63,258 bases of DNA, filler included, from Phoronis australis (GCA_002633005.1; 6 parts of 6 records of this genome joined end to end with filler, not necessarily neighbours in it), one strand, 5' to 3'; shown: positions 22,601 to 34,623, counted from the first letter of the whole stretch. Program-made: numbers and translations. The notes: generated by a model from the letters alone, not told the origin.

Positions 22601-23697
22601 ATGCACGCACGAAAAGTCTTTTCTTTCGTCTATTGACCAAATTGACGATATGCACTTGCACAACGAACTCTAGTGTAAGCAGAGAAGTTACTCTAGTGGC
22701 CCTCTCTTCACACTTTTCATTATCAGCACTATAGATGAGATAAACGCAACAGCCACAAGAGATAGTTGAGCTTTATTCATTCTTACTTCAATACGATTAT
22801 ATCAGAGAAAATTTATTGCAAAACTTTGGCGGCGTTCAAGACTTGCGCTGAACATGATAGCAATGATGATCCCCATGATGAGATGGGAATTGTTGACTGT
22901 CAATAATATAAATATTGACGATAAAGAAGCAAAATTCAAATGTTGCACACCAGTCAGCGCTGTCACCTCTGTGGATAAATTAGAACAAGCTCAATGCCGT
23001 CGCAAATACGCCTGTAGGCCATCATTTCTATGAGACGCCTTTGTGAATGTTGGGTTAATCTGCCTCTTCATCAAACGACCCCTCTGACTCATAGAAATTC
23101 CACATCTGTACGCGGTTTAATGTTAATGTAGGCTTCTTGCGGTAAGAAGGCTGATTTGCCGTCTGATTTCTGGACGGACGATAAGAAGGCTGATCAGACG
23201 TCTGACGAGCGTTCACATGGGATTTTCAAACATGTCTTGCTATCGGACAACATGTGGACGCTCTACAAAGAGAGTCAATTATTTAAATTATCAACGTTTT
23301 GTTTAAAATAATGATGCTCGTTTTACTACAAAGAAAAAAGTTTTGAGCTTCTATGAGTCGCCAGCTCTATTTTGTTGTTGTCTAGGCTTTCGGGTTCATA
23401 CGTCAAAATTGACACGCTGCGTGTACTTCAAGCTAAAAGGTTGATTTAAGAGTCCCGGAATAACCATTTTTTCTCATAATACCTGGAACACAGGGTGTAA
23501 AGCACACGGTTAAAGGGAAAGACATCCATTTTGATGCTACTTTTACTAAAATTTCAGATGCTTGGTAATCTTGGACACATTTTTTTCGCATTATAAATTA
23601 CTGCACACTTGACATGTATTTATTCCCAATTATTTTGTCTATGTAGCAATAAAAACTGACGCGCGCGGTCATCACACATTTGGTTCTGCATTCACGC

Positions 23698-24014
23698 CCA
23701 TTGCAGAAAACACAAATGACTGACACAGACGGCGATTCAGACATTGTGTTTGCTCAATGGAAATGAATGCTGAGCCAAGGTGTGGTCCTTTTGTAGAATC
23801 ATTTGCAATAATTTCATTGCCTCTTGTTGTCAGGATAGTAAATACTCTACGGCAACNCATTGCAGAAAACACAAATGACTGACACAGACGGCGATTCAGA
23901 CATTGTGTATGCTCAATGGAAATGAATGCTGAGCCAAGGTGTGGTCCTTTTGTAGAATCATTTGCAATAATTTCATTGCCTCTTGTTGTCAGGATAGTAA
24001 ATACTCTCTACGGC
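23698..24014. other. Tandem duplication of about 160 bp separated by a single n (likely assembly overlap artefact)
   Basis: Near-identical copies either side of the n at 23857. Confidence 0.8.
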
Positions 24015-24724
24015 AACATAATTAAAGGAACACACCAATATTGTTTTCAAAAGATTCTTTTGTGAACTTTTGGAGTGAGATAACAAATGGCCAAACAAGG
24101 CACAATGTACATCCGATCCAATCAGTCCCACGCTGCAGTAGTTCAGAAAATTCATAAAACACCGTTCATAACTCATCCTCAACTTAGTGTTAACATTGAA
24201 AAACATCAACAGAAAAGACTCTCGCCAGCAAGATGCTTATCTTCTCACATATTGAAAATTGGATTTGAGTTTGTCTCGGCGGACCATTTTGCAATTCAGA
24301 GTGTCTCTGTGAGCAGAGTGTGCAGCTAAAACTAAACACCATGTACTTATTGAATGGCTTCTGATTCGCATTATTAGATCTGCTTTTCATATTGTCCGTT
24401 ACCAGGTACACATCCTTGAATCATATGTTAACTTCTCCTGACCCTGGTCACAAATTGTCAGTAGCAAGTGTATGTACGATGTTATGTTATTTAATTATAG
24501 TTTCGCTATTCAGTCTGAATTTACTGCCAATACCTATGGGCACTTTATGTTGCATTTTCGTCACTGTAATTTTATTATTCAACTTTTGAATTATATATAA
24601 TTTCGACCTGTCTTTGTCTATTTATGTTTCATACCTGCTATATTCTTTTTGGACGCGTGTGATCGTAACGTACTACTGCCATTACGGCTATGCGCTTACT
24701 TCTACACTTATCTCCACACGAGGC

Positions 24725-24824
24725 NNNNNNNNNNNNNNNNNNNNNNNNNNNNNNNNNNNNNNNNNNNNTTAATTAATTAANNNNNNNNNNNNNNNNNNNN
24801 NNNNNNNNNNNNNNNNNNNNNNNN
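24725..24824. other. Artificial contig linker 44N-TTAATTAATTAA-44N (also at 28453-28552, 34120-34219, 48183-48282, 61370-61469)
   Basis: Five identical 100-nt spacers; the 12-mer gives stop codons in all six frames. Confidence 0.95.
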
Positions 24825-25117
24825 TCTCAAGCGTTTTTGTGTGCCACTGGTGGTATTGGCGTTTTTGAGAGTAAACAGACCCATTCGATTTTCGTTTTTA
24901 GCCAGCTCAGCAGTAGATGTTCACCTCTTGGCCCACTGGACTTAGTCAATACTGAAAAGAGCTGCTTGTGAACTGACATGTACAGGTCGTGCACTAAGCT
25001 AGAGCACCTTGCACCCAATGGTACAGGTATGGAGACACTGGGGCACCCAAGCACTCCCTAGATCAGCCATTGAGCTTAAATGTGAGACAGAACGCCATTT
25101 AAAGTACAATGTTTTAC

Positions 25118-25252
25118 CTTTACACAATCCATAGCCAGGCTGCGATGATCCACTCCGATGTCTGTGATGATGACCTCATAGTACCCCTCTAGGTGAATGG
25201 GGGTATAGAAGAGTGATCCAAAGTACACTGAATTGTCGACTTCCCCAAGGAT
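25118..25252 (-). CDS. BACE1: BACE-like next exon ILGEVDNSVYFGSLFYTPIHLEGYYEVIITDIGVDHRSLAMDCVK
   Basis: Aligns to BACE1 [29 protein letters not shown]...LKMDCKE; 135 nt, phase 0 to 0, GT-AG. Confidence 0.9.
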
Positions 25253-26102
25253 CTGACCAAAAGACAGCAGTGAGACAGAGAAACTAGCAAGGGCAAAAAC
25301 TCTATGGTGATTGTTATGATACAATAGTCCATAATTACTCTAGCTAGGATACAGGAGCGCCTGGGATAAACGTGGAAAGATGGCACGGCATAAAGCAGCT
25401 ATAAACCTGCGTTCGGTCCTACAAGCAAAATTTTGATTTAGACCGCTAACTGCTATAAAATTGGTCTCAACTTGTTCCTTACACAGACAATTTCTGGGTT
25501 TGCAATCAACTGCCAGTATGGTATTCCATGAGAATATGCTTGGCACATAAAATAACATGCTGTAATAAACAAAACTTGAAATGCCATGGTCTCACGCAAT
25601 AATAGTTTTTTGTAAGCCTTGAAATCACTTACAATTTGACTATTGACACCAATTTGAGACCAGGTATGTGACAAATTGTCTAAATCAAAATTTTTTTTGT
25701 GACAGAAGATGAGTTTGTTGGTGCTTGAATCGTCAAAGCTGTATGTTTTTGTAAATATGCATCACTCTTTACCAGTTTTGAATAAGAGACATTATCATTA
25801 TGGTTACATACATCCGATTGTTACAGAAAGGTCAACTTCAAGTTGTGTTGCTTAACATAGCTATGGTTGAGTCACTAGTACTTAAACATTACTAATGAGA
25901 AAATGGCCTTTCTAACACAACATCTTTGTCAAAATTAATTCGAAATTTAAAAGAAAAATAAAGCCACTTGATTTGCAAGAGTTTGGCTGGTTTCTTAGCT
26001 GCACAGGTAAACTTTGAATGCAATCAACTGGAGAATTCTACAGTGCATAAGATGATCACTCATGAGAGTGTTTACTTAAGTCAGAAAAGTGGCACCACTC
26101 AC

Positions 26103-26234
26103 CAAGGTTCCTCCTATCCCATCATCAGTCCTATTTGGAGTGTCAACAATGCCACATAGTAACATAGAAAACTCATTCGGTATACCAAACTTTTCAACAA
26201 TGCGATCAAAGTATGGCACAACACTGGAATCAGG
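26103..26234 (-). CDS. BACE1: Beta-secretase (BACE-like, A1 aspartyl protease) internal exon PDSSVVPYFDRIVEKFGIPNEFSMLLCGIVDTPNRTDDGIGGTL
   Basis: Aligns by eye to human BACE1 [28 protein letters not shown]...VGGSM; ttcttttag acceptor, gtgagt donor; phase 0 to 0. BACE1 and BACE2 cannot be distinguished. Confidence 0.88.
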
Positions 26235-29200
26235 CTAAAAGAAAATATATTATAACACATAAAGACTATGTTTTAAAGAAAGAAGCACTTAAAGAACATA
26301 TAACTGTTACATCAAAGGTAAAAAGTTTTCATGTTGCATACAGTACACAAAGCATTTCTTGAACAGTGTTCTTAAAAGTTTATCGTTTTGGGCTTGGAGG
26401 TGCGACTAGTCCCATGGTGGCTTAGAATTAATTGGGCAGATGGTGGTATAACATGGAAGTCATTGACACACAATTGGCCTTTAGGAACTTAATGCAAGGT
26501 CAGTGAAAGCAATTCTTTGTTAACCCTGATGCTCTTAGCCATACAACTATCACAGGTGGACTGTGTAACTAAACACAGCTTAATAAAGGGTTTATGGTCC
26601 TGACTGAGGCGAAAATTGTTTAATTTATTACTCCACGTGGATTCTTGAATAGCTGAGCCCAGAATGTGTTTTCATAACTACACAGGGTCACTTGCAAAGC
26701 ATTTGTGGACCATTTTCGGAAATTTGTCCAAAACAGAGTCCACACAGCCAAAGCTGGGATTATGTTCCTTTACTCAGCCATGGAGACAATAGAGAGGCAG
26801 ACAAATCTCACAGCAGCCAGTGGCGGGCATTGTTGTTTTGTGGACACCAACGCTCAAAACTGGCATGTGTGACAGCAGAAAATAAGGTGGTCCAGTTTGT
26901 AAATAAGCAACAGAGCTTTCCATGCTGCAAGTCAGTTGACTTAAACCTTTTTTCGCTTCCGCAGTGATAAAGATAGGACAAATATACGATTGAAACACAA
27001 TGACTTCCTGTGTGAAGCTGTTGCCAGACAACTCATGATGTGAGCAGTCTTACAAAACACTCTAGGTCGTAATATGTATGTTGCCTTGCCACCCTCATTA
27101 GTAATGTTCTTTGCTATGATTTTTGTTTCGGGACAGGAAATAAGGCAAGCAAACATTTCTCGTATTGTATGGTTACTACACTGTGGTTGGAATGGAGTTA
27201 ATGGGGTGTTATTTTGGGTTAAATAAATGGCTGCATTCTTACATTTACTTTAAGAAGTTGGCCATTTTTTACCCACCGATGTAGGCCTGAATATGCTTGT
27301 AACTAACATCTGATAGTCGATTTAATAAAATGTGAGTTGATAAATGACTTTTCCTGGTTTATACGAACTGGAGAGCATCAGAAAAAATACTGCTTTGAGA
27401 TGGACTGTGTATTCAATAGGCATCTGGACTTGGCTGCTATTTTACAGCCTATCCTATGTTTATTACTTCCCAGACCTCTCCCTAGACAAAATCCTGCAGG
27501 CTCTGTACCTGCCCCCTTCCACTTGGTCACTACCGATACAATGTAATTACACCCTGCTTATGATGTACTTTCCAAAATTTTCATTGGCTTCACTGCCCAA
27601 ATTTTTTCTTGATTTACGAGTTTTACCTTAATGTGTACTTTTTAATAAAACATTTTACAATATTTTGAACAAAAGGCAATTCGCAATAATAAGTTTACAA
27701 TTGGCAACGTTTTGCATACTTCCTGACCACACACACCAGCTAGGTGTCGCTACAGTCCAGGAAGCAATGACGCCATTGTCAAATCTGGTTACGCTTACAA
27801 TCAATTTGACTTTCCTCAACCCATTTTTTCAGAAAACTCAATTTTTGAATTCTGGTAAATAACAATTTACACACAACACTATGCATCAAAGGAAGTCAAG
27901 ATGTTCTATTGCTGTGATACAAAACAATGAACATTCCAAAAATAACGACACGTGTTTTAAAAAAGCCACATTTGTCACTGTCACGATATTTTCTTTATCA
28001 AAATTGGAGAATTCAACTGCCATGATGTCTTTAATGCGAATTTTTGACATCAGCCCCTCATGAAGACAGAATTCACTAATAGTAAGGCGTTGTTGTCGGT
28101 TGACAATTTTTATTTATACTCATTCAAACTTACTTACTGTACATTTGTCAATCATCCTCAGGACAATGCGTTGGATCTCTTGGTGGACTTCTCTCTTGTT
28201 GTCCAGAGGACAGGGCTTGGAATGACCAATGACAAAAAACGCGGAAACTTTTACGGCCCAAATCATGCCCGATAACCAGCCTTGAAATGGTCAATGTGAA
28301 CCTTTCCCCGACAAAAATCGGGAGGACTTAAAAAAAAGACGTTACCACCATCAGTAGCATGCGTCTGCGCTCGACCGTCCACTCCCAACCCACACATTTT
28401 TGGCTGCAGAGCGGTAGTATTTGTCGCCGCGCTTAACAATAACACGAGACGCNNNNNNNNNNNNNNNNNNNNNNNNNNNNNNNNNNNNNNNNNNNNTTAA
28501 TTAATTAANNNNNNNNNNNNNNNNNNNNNNNNNNNNNNNNNNNNNNNNNNNNTTATTCCTAGCCATAACAATTATTTAAACGCATCACCTGTCTGCAAAA
28601 TGTACAAGTTTTTGAGACAACTTCAAACATTTGTTACCCATTTTCAAGCCTTTTGATTTTTGATACTTTCAGCAATTTTAAACTCCGATTACAGGTTCAT
28701 GGGTCTGTCAAGCATACTTCTAGTCTTAGGTTGAGGTAACCGTTTCTCAGACTTTTAATTTTTCTTCCAATAGAAGATATGAAGACTTGGGTGATTTAAA
28801 AATGATGGATAATCTTTCTGTTGTTTAAGAGTAATTACAAATCGTAGGGCACCATCAAAAATGCAATTTTCACAAAAATGGCAGTCATTTGAATTTATAA
28901 CGACTTGCAACATTTCAAGACATGAGTTAAGACTATTCAGTCACTGTGAATTCAGGAAATGTAATATATTTTCATGGGTTTACAATTGATACAAATAGCA
29001 AAACAGTTTCATGAAATCAACTTGAAGGGACTTCATGAAGATTAAGAATTACCTCACCATGTTCTTTTCCCCAAACATGTATTACCTGTTATTTCCAAAC
29101 ACTGAGTTGTACCAAATATTACAACCCCAACCCCCCATGCCAATCCCCCGCTAAGGACCTGAATAAGTAAATTAACAAAATGACTTACATACCTTTCTTT

Positions 29201-29331
29201 AAAAATAGCTGCTCCCTTTCAAAGGCTTTGTTCGTTGTCTCCAATATTGAAAGTAGGCTTTGACAACAGATCTGCAGTGAATGGGAAGATCTTGTTGGTT
29301 AGCTGCAGTCAAATGCTAAAAACCAATTTTA

Positions 29332-29919
29332 TCCATTCAGGGACGGTGCAGAAGCGATGCATATCTCCTCTGCACGGTACAAGCCCTCAAACCTAAAAAG
29401 CAAAGATTACGTGAAAACAGACGTGATAGATTTCCATTTCAACGTGTAATAGATTTCCAGAAGACATATCATAGGGAGTATACAAATAGTCTAATGCAAT
29501 GGNTTATCACTCACGTACCCTTTGCCATTGGGCTTGGATTGTAATCTTAACTCATTAACCTGTATCGAGTTGACAGCATGAACATTCAGCATTGATGGAT
29601 GTAACTGTCACTGATAAACTTTTACAAATCATTCCAAACAATAATAATGCTTTGATGTATGAAAAGATCCCGATTGCTACGTCAAGTATCGTATCACATG
29701 TCACAACATACAAAGATTAATCAGACTCTCGATGGCGACTGCCTGCCGCGAAGTCCACATCGGCGAGTACCTCAGTTAACAGGCATCGGTAGAATAATCA
29801 TGGAATTATCGTTAAAATAATCACAAACCTTACCTTTGTATGAGGTCATGCTTACTTCCTCTCATAGAAGCACCCTTTTTACGCAATCTCAGATTCAGTT
29901 GGCACGGCTGCAAGCCATT
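29332..29919 (-). pseudogene. Decayed SAP-domain gene fragment (two exons), possibly transposon-derived
   Basis: 29919-29834 reads NGLQPCQLNLRLRKKGASMRGSKHDLIQ(R), a SAP-like L...L...G....G.K.dL..R pattern; donor gtaagg; phase-2 join to the acceptor at 29392 gives FEGLYRAEE...; in-frame stops on both sides. Confidence 0.35.
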
Positions 29920-30055
29920 TCACCATGTATTTAAAGGGCTCGCGAAATCGAGGCTGTTAATCTATCACCACTAGTACACCCACGCCCTCTAGTGATTGTA
30001 GATTTTCCGAATAGCCCCATTATCTCTGCAAGTCGGAGCCAGTCATATACCACTG

Positions 30056-31207
30056 TAGGCAATGACCATCGCCTCTGTTGGCCCGAACCAGAGGCGATGC
30101 AGAGGCTATAGGCACTCTGTATGCCGGAATTTCAGCGAATTATGCCTCGCACCGACTAAACCATCAAAGTGACGTTGTTATAAATACCTTTTGCGCATAG
30201 AGGAACACCTGAGGAGGTTGTTGATGTGTTTAATTCCTTCCAACTCGAACAAATACTCCCATTATCAAACTTTTTCTTCGAGCAGTCCCTATTTCAGTTC
30301 CCAAAATCGTGAACTCACCATTTTTATACTGTGCACGCTCCAATTTTTACCGTGCTCGCTAGGTGATGTGACTTCATGACCTCAATCTTTAAATAGGCCA
30401 AAGGTGAGCCATTGCGGTCTTGTCAGTCAAATGTTCATTTCCAAAATGCCACCACTTATATTTGTCTTTAATTGGCATTACTTGAAACTGATTGTATTTC
30501 AATGAAATATTGTTTGTATTTGATAAAAATAAATGCTGTTGATATGACATTTAATAGTCTTTGTGCACATATTTGACATTTTAATGTTTAACAACACGGC
30601 AAATGCACGGCTGGTTCCTGGCAGCACGTACGCGAAGGGTGGGAACTTCAGCTTTCAAAGTTCGCCGGTAGGTCCGCAACTTCTGACCTTGGGCCTGGTT
30701 AAAAAATGAAAATGTTGATTTCACAATTTTGGGAACTGAAATAGGGACTGCTCGAAGAAAAAGTTTCATAACNACATTTAATAGTCTTTGTGCACATATT
30801 TGACATTTTAATGTTTAACAACACGGCAAATGCACGGCTGGTTCCTGGCAGCACGTACGCGAAGGGTGGGAACTTCAGCTTTCAAAGTTCGCCGGTAGGT
30901 CCGCAACTTCTGACCTTGGGCCTGGTTAAAAAATGAAAATGTTGATTTCACAATTTTGGGAACTGAAATAGGGACTGCTCGAAGAAAAAGTTTCATAACA
31001 GGAGTATTTGTTCGAGTTGGAAGGAATTAAACACATTGACAACCTCCTAAGGTGTTCCTCTATGCGCAAAAGGTATTTATAACAACGTGACTTTGATGAT
31101 TTAGTCAGTGCGAGGCATAACTCGCCGAAAAGCTTCCGGCGTACAGAGCGCCTATAGCCTCTGCATCGCCTCTGGTTCGGGCCAACAGAGGCGATGGTCA
31201 TTGCCTA
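30056..31207. mobile_element. Non-autonomous Mutator/MULE-like element with about 270-bp TIRs and 9-bp TSD ataccactg
   Basis: TAGGCAATGACC... inverted at both ends; ataccactg at 30047-30055 and 31208-31216. The internal duplication of about 225 bp around n30773 is probably an assembly artefact. Confidence 0.9.
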
Positions 31208-31337
31208 ATACCACTGACACTCATAGGCCTACTGCTCACATTTTCTGGTTTTCCTTACAGTTTTTCAAACTGCAGTTTTCAAAGAAATTTGACGAAATTC
31301 GGAATGTGTGACCTTCACGATAGTTTAAAATGACGCC

Positions 31338-31572
31338 CCAGTGTCGTACCGCATACCTTCAAAACTCCTTCCCCTCTACAACAGTGTTCTGGAACAAATG
31401 ACCTACCTACCCACGTTGTTGGTGCTGCGCACTTCTTGCACATTGCACTGCACCCTCACACTAGACTCTTGTACATGCACACCTCACTATTGCACTTTTA
31501 ATTTTGTAACATGCGCCACTTCACTATACTCGACTTCGAGTGTGACTAAGTGTTACTAGAGAGATAGATAGA
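31338..31572 (+). mobile_element. 5'-truncated CR1/L2-like LINE 3' end
   Basis: QCRTAYLQNSFPSTTVFWNK* matches the RT..Y..SFFP.T...WN.L ORF2 terminus; it is followed by a 3'UTR-like stretch and an agagatagataga microsatellite tail. Confidence 0.65.
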
Positions 31573-32529
31573 ATCCCAAAATTAAAGAAATTTGTTGGTG
31601 AAAAAGACCACCTTCAAAATGAAAACTTTGATGTCTGTTCCTGGTTCAGTTTCTAAATCAGCCAATGGCTTTCAAGTACAAACTTTAAGGTCATTAGGTT
31701 AACTGTTGACGTCTTTTCACCAGTCAAAACACCATGATAGAGTCGAGAGCAGGGCGTGTGTGGAAAATGTTGACATTTTTGCCGACTTTCATTTAATGAC
31801 TTTTCTGTTTAAGTTAGGAACTGGTACTGTATTTTGCTTCATTCAGACGTTGCAACTACCACAGGTACGATTTTACTTTTCAATATTTGGGCAAATTGTG
31901 TTCCATGGATTAACAACCTTGTGGAACGTGCCTGTAAATTCTTATTTACAGATGGGTTACGTATCTAGTGGGAGAGGCAAAAACTTTCTAGTGAAAATGT
32001 ACCGAAAACCAGAAGGTCCTACAAGATCAGACATGGTTGTTAATAAACTTTGCCCTTTTTAATGCTTGTTGATCCTAGATACTCTTAATCAAGTTCAATC
32101 CAATTACCAGCACAATTTACTTGGCCTCAGGTTGGAAATTGTCTCTTGACAGCAGTGTTTTCATATGGCCAAGGTCACAACTTATTTTAGTCACCTGACC
32201 AACATAATTAACATAAAAAAGAAACACTTAAAGGGAGATAATTTCAGATTTGCCAGAGTGTATTTTTAACCAATCTATTTTAAATGACATATTGTCTTGT
32301 ATTCTTTATAAGATCAAAATGTAAATCGGTCGAGCATTTGAGTTACAGAGCCATTACTTGTACGCCTACATTGTCCACAGGTGATGTATTACCTACAAGA
32401 TACGATACATAAGTTCCTGCGTAAATACTGCGAATTTATACATATTGCTGTCTTCAATTAAACTTGACAATGTGATGATTGGATGGTTGTTGTTATGTAT
32501 CTCTAATGATGTTTATTTCTGTTTTAAAG

Positions 32530-33887
32530 ACTATTTTCATCTCTGATTGGGACAAAGATGCCAGGACATGGAACTATTCTCGTGTCACAGAATCTTCAGT
32601 TCAAAGCACCAGGTAAGCTTGATCGGCTGATCGCTGCTGCTTTCTAGAGGAACTTGCGATGTATGCAGACATAGCTAAAAGGATTCTAACCCTGCAGTAG
32701 TGATTTTGTTGATGTCACCTAAAACTGTCTCTGTCCTCTGCTACTGTTCGATTATCACCTCCCCTGCTACTGTTTGATTATTACCTCCCCTGAGAGATTA
32801 AATCTGAATCCCCATCCTCAAGGTGTCACCTAGGGCTATTACTCCCAGGTGTCACAAAGGGGATAATATGCTCTATCCTCGAGGTCCCAGCTGTCAATAG
32901 TGTCACTGGAGTTTTTGTAATGCTTGCTATTGTAAGGAATTTTTGTCCTAACTCCAAACTTTTGACAAGGTTACCACAGGATTTAAGTTAGTAGTTTACA
33001 GAGACTGAAGCATTGTTACTGTAGTATCTTTTTAGTCTTTAGCATTAAGTCTGAATGAAGAGAGACCTTTTCTACACCGAATACATCACACAATAGTCGA
33101 TGATTAAGAACGTAATGTCTCTGAAACAGTATGCAAAAACAAAAATTGTGAATATAATATGAAATTGTCAAATCAAATCTCCGGCTATAAGTCATGCGGC
33201 AAGACTTAAATGGTTACCGACAAGACATGGGAACTATTCCATTACCATGCCTCTCATTAAAGGTGGTATAAACCTGCCTTGCCTAAAAACAATAGGTCTC
33301 AACTTGTTTGTTACTCAAATTTGAGGCGATTCATGGACTATGAAAGAACTGACAGTTTATCTGCTTGGGACCAGGCTAAGCAAGCTGGCTTGTCATGGCG
33401 TGTCATTTTATGTGCCAAGCATAGCCAAGCCATTGCAAACTGTCAGTTTGTTTCCAAGCTTAGAAACCATTTATTAGCTAAGTTAGGATACCAGTTTGTT
33501 ATATCACAATATTAGCGTCAAATGGCAAATACAACCATGTAATAACCCATTTAGTTATCTCACTAGTGAGATAACATTTTGGTGACCGAGGCCGGATTCA
33601 AACCCGGGCCTCAAGAGTTTCGAGCCGCCGACGTTACCACTACACCACTCAGCGGCTGACGTCATCTTTGTTACTGCTGCCATATTACACATAATTCATT
33701 TGCTACTGTTATTATATTACACATAATTCATTTGCTACTGTTGTGATACTACACATAATTCATTTGTTACTGTTGTTATATTACAGTATACGTTGGTGAA
33801 CAAGTTACTGCTCATGTTGAAGTTGAGGACATCAAAAAACAGTTTCTTATAATTAAAGCCAATTGCTTTGCTACTAGAACAAAAAAG
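32530..33887 (+). CDS. HTD2: HTD2-like MaoC/hot-dog hydroxyacyl-thioester dehydratase, two internal exons (32530-32612, 33787-33887)
   Basis: Joined peptide LFSSLIGTKMPGHGTILVSQNLQFKAP|VYVGEQVTAHVEVEDIKKQFLIIKANCFATRTKK versus human HTD2 [40 protein letters not shown] as recalled. GT-AG boundaries and phases match. The upstream catalytic exon was not found. Confidence 0.82.
33500..33653 (-). mobile_element. tRNA-derived SINE-like head followed by a perfect 22-bp palindrome
   Basis: Minus strand A-box TGGTGTAGTGG and B-box GGTTTGAATCC, an acceptor-like stem and an unpaired anticodon arm; gttatctcactagtgagataac at 33554-33575. The left boundary is approximate. Confidence 0.55.
33662..33786 (+). 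repeat. 32-bp minisatellite, about 4 copies, forming the 3' splice site of the HTD2-like exon
   Basis: ataattc anchor at 33691, 33723 and 33755; units end in tacac except the last, which ends in tacag. Confidence 0.9.
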
Positions 33888-34623
33888 GTAAGGCATTTTA
33901 CCTCATAACATTTAGGCTGGGAAATTCACATTATGTGTTGACGAAGCAACTATTTTACTGTTAAGACATGACTGCCGTTCTCTTTGAAATATGTTTTATT
34001 TCAAATCACTCGGTTTTGTTTTACAGAAATGATTAAAGGACATTACTGTTTTCGATCAGATCTTCGCAGATTGTCATATACGGTAAAGTCGCGTGATTTT
34101 CGGACGGCCCGCCATTTTCNNNNNNNNNNNNNNNNNNNNNNNNNNNNNNNNNNNNNNNNNNNNTTAATTAATTAANNNNNNNNNNNNNNNNNNNNNNNNN
34201 NNNNNNNNNNNNNNNNNNNAAACCTGCAACGTATTTCGCTTGATGCCAATCGACAGTCGATTATATAAACAATGAATATATATTGACATTGGAATATTCT
34301 CTTTGCAGACTATTACATACATATTTGTAGCTTGTACACAATGAGGTTTTGTTTAAAACAGAAGCTTGGCGAAATAAAATCCAAATGTTCATATGTTATT
34401 AAAACGTAAGTTCTTGGGTTAATTGGTTTACAATTTCTCAGCTTACATTTGAGAGAAGTGAAGCTTGTCGTTTATAAAGAAAGGATGAATTGACATTGCG
34501 TTGAACAATATATTGAATCAGTAACACGAGACGTTCATGTACAGTGTAAGGCGTATCCGGGATTGCTGGTTAAGTGGCGTGAGGTACACACTTACAGTGA
34601 CGTGCACAAACACATACACGTAC

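Noticed and set aside
23698-24014. Apparent recent tandem duplication
   Set aside because: The copies meet at a lone n, typical of unmerged contig or haplotype overlap.
30547-30999. Duplicated identical 62-aa ORFs (30581..30769 and 30808..30996)
   Set aside because: The identical copies flank n30773 inside a non-coding transposon; this is an assembly artefact, not a gene pair.
31813-32412. Possible upstream HTD2 exons (HSDVATTT|GDVLP, and FGQIVFHGLTTL)
   Set aside because: The resemblance is superficial: the join hits a stop, lacks NPxH, and no phase-2 donor follows the HG-like motif.
33580-33653. Functional tRNA gene
   Set aside because: The anticodon stem does not pair and the T-arm is imperfect; treated as a SINE head.
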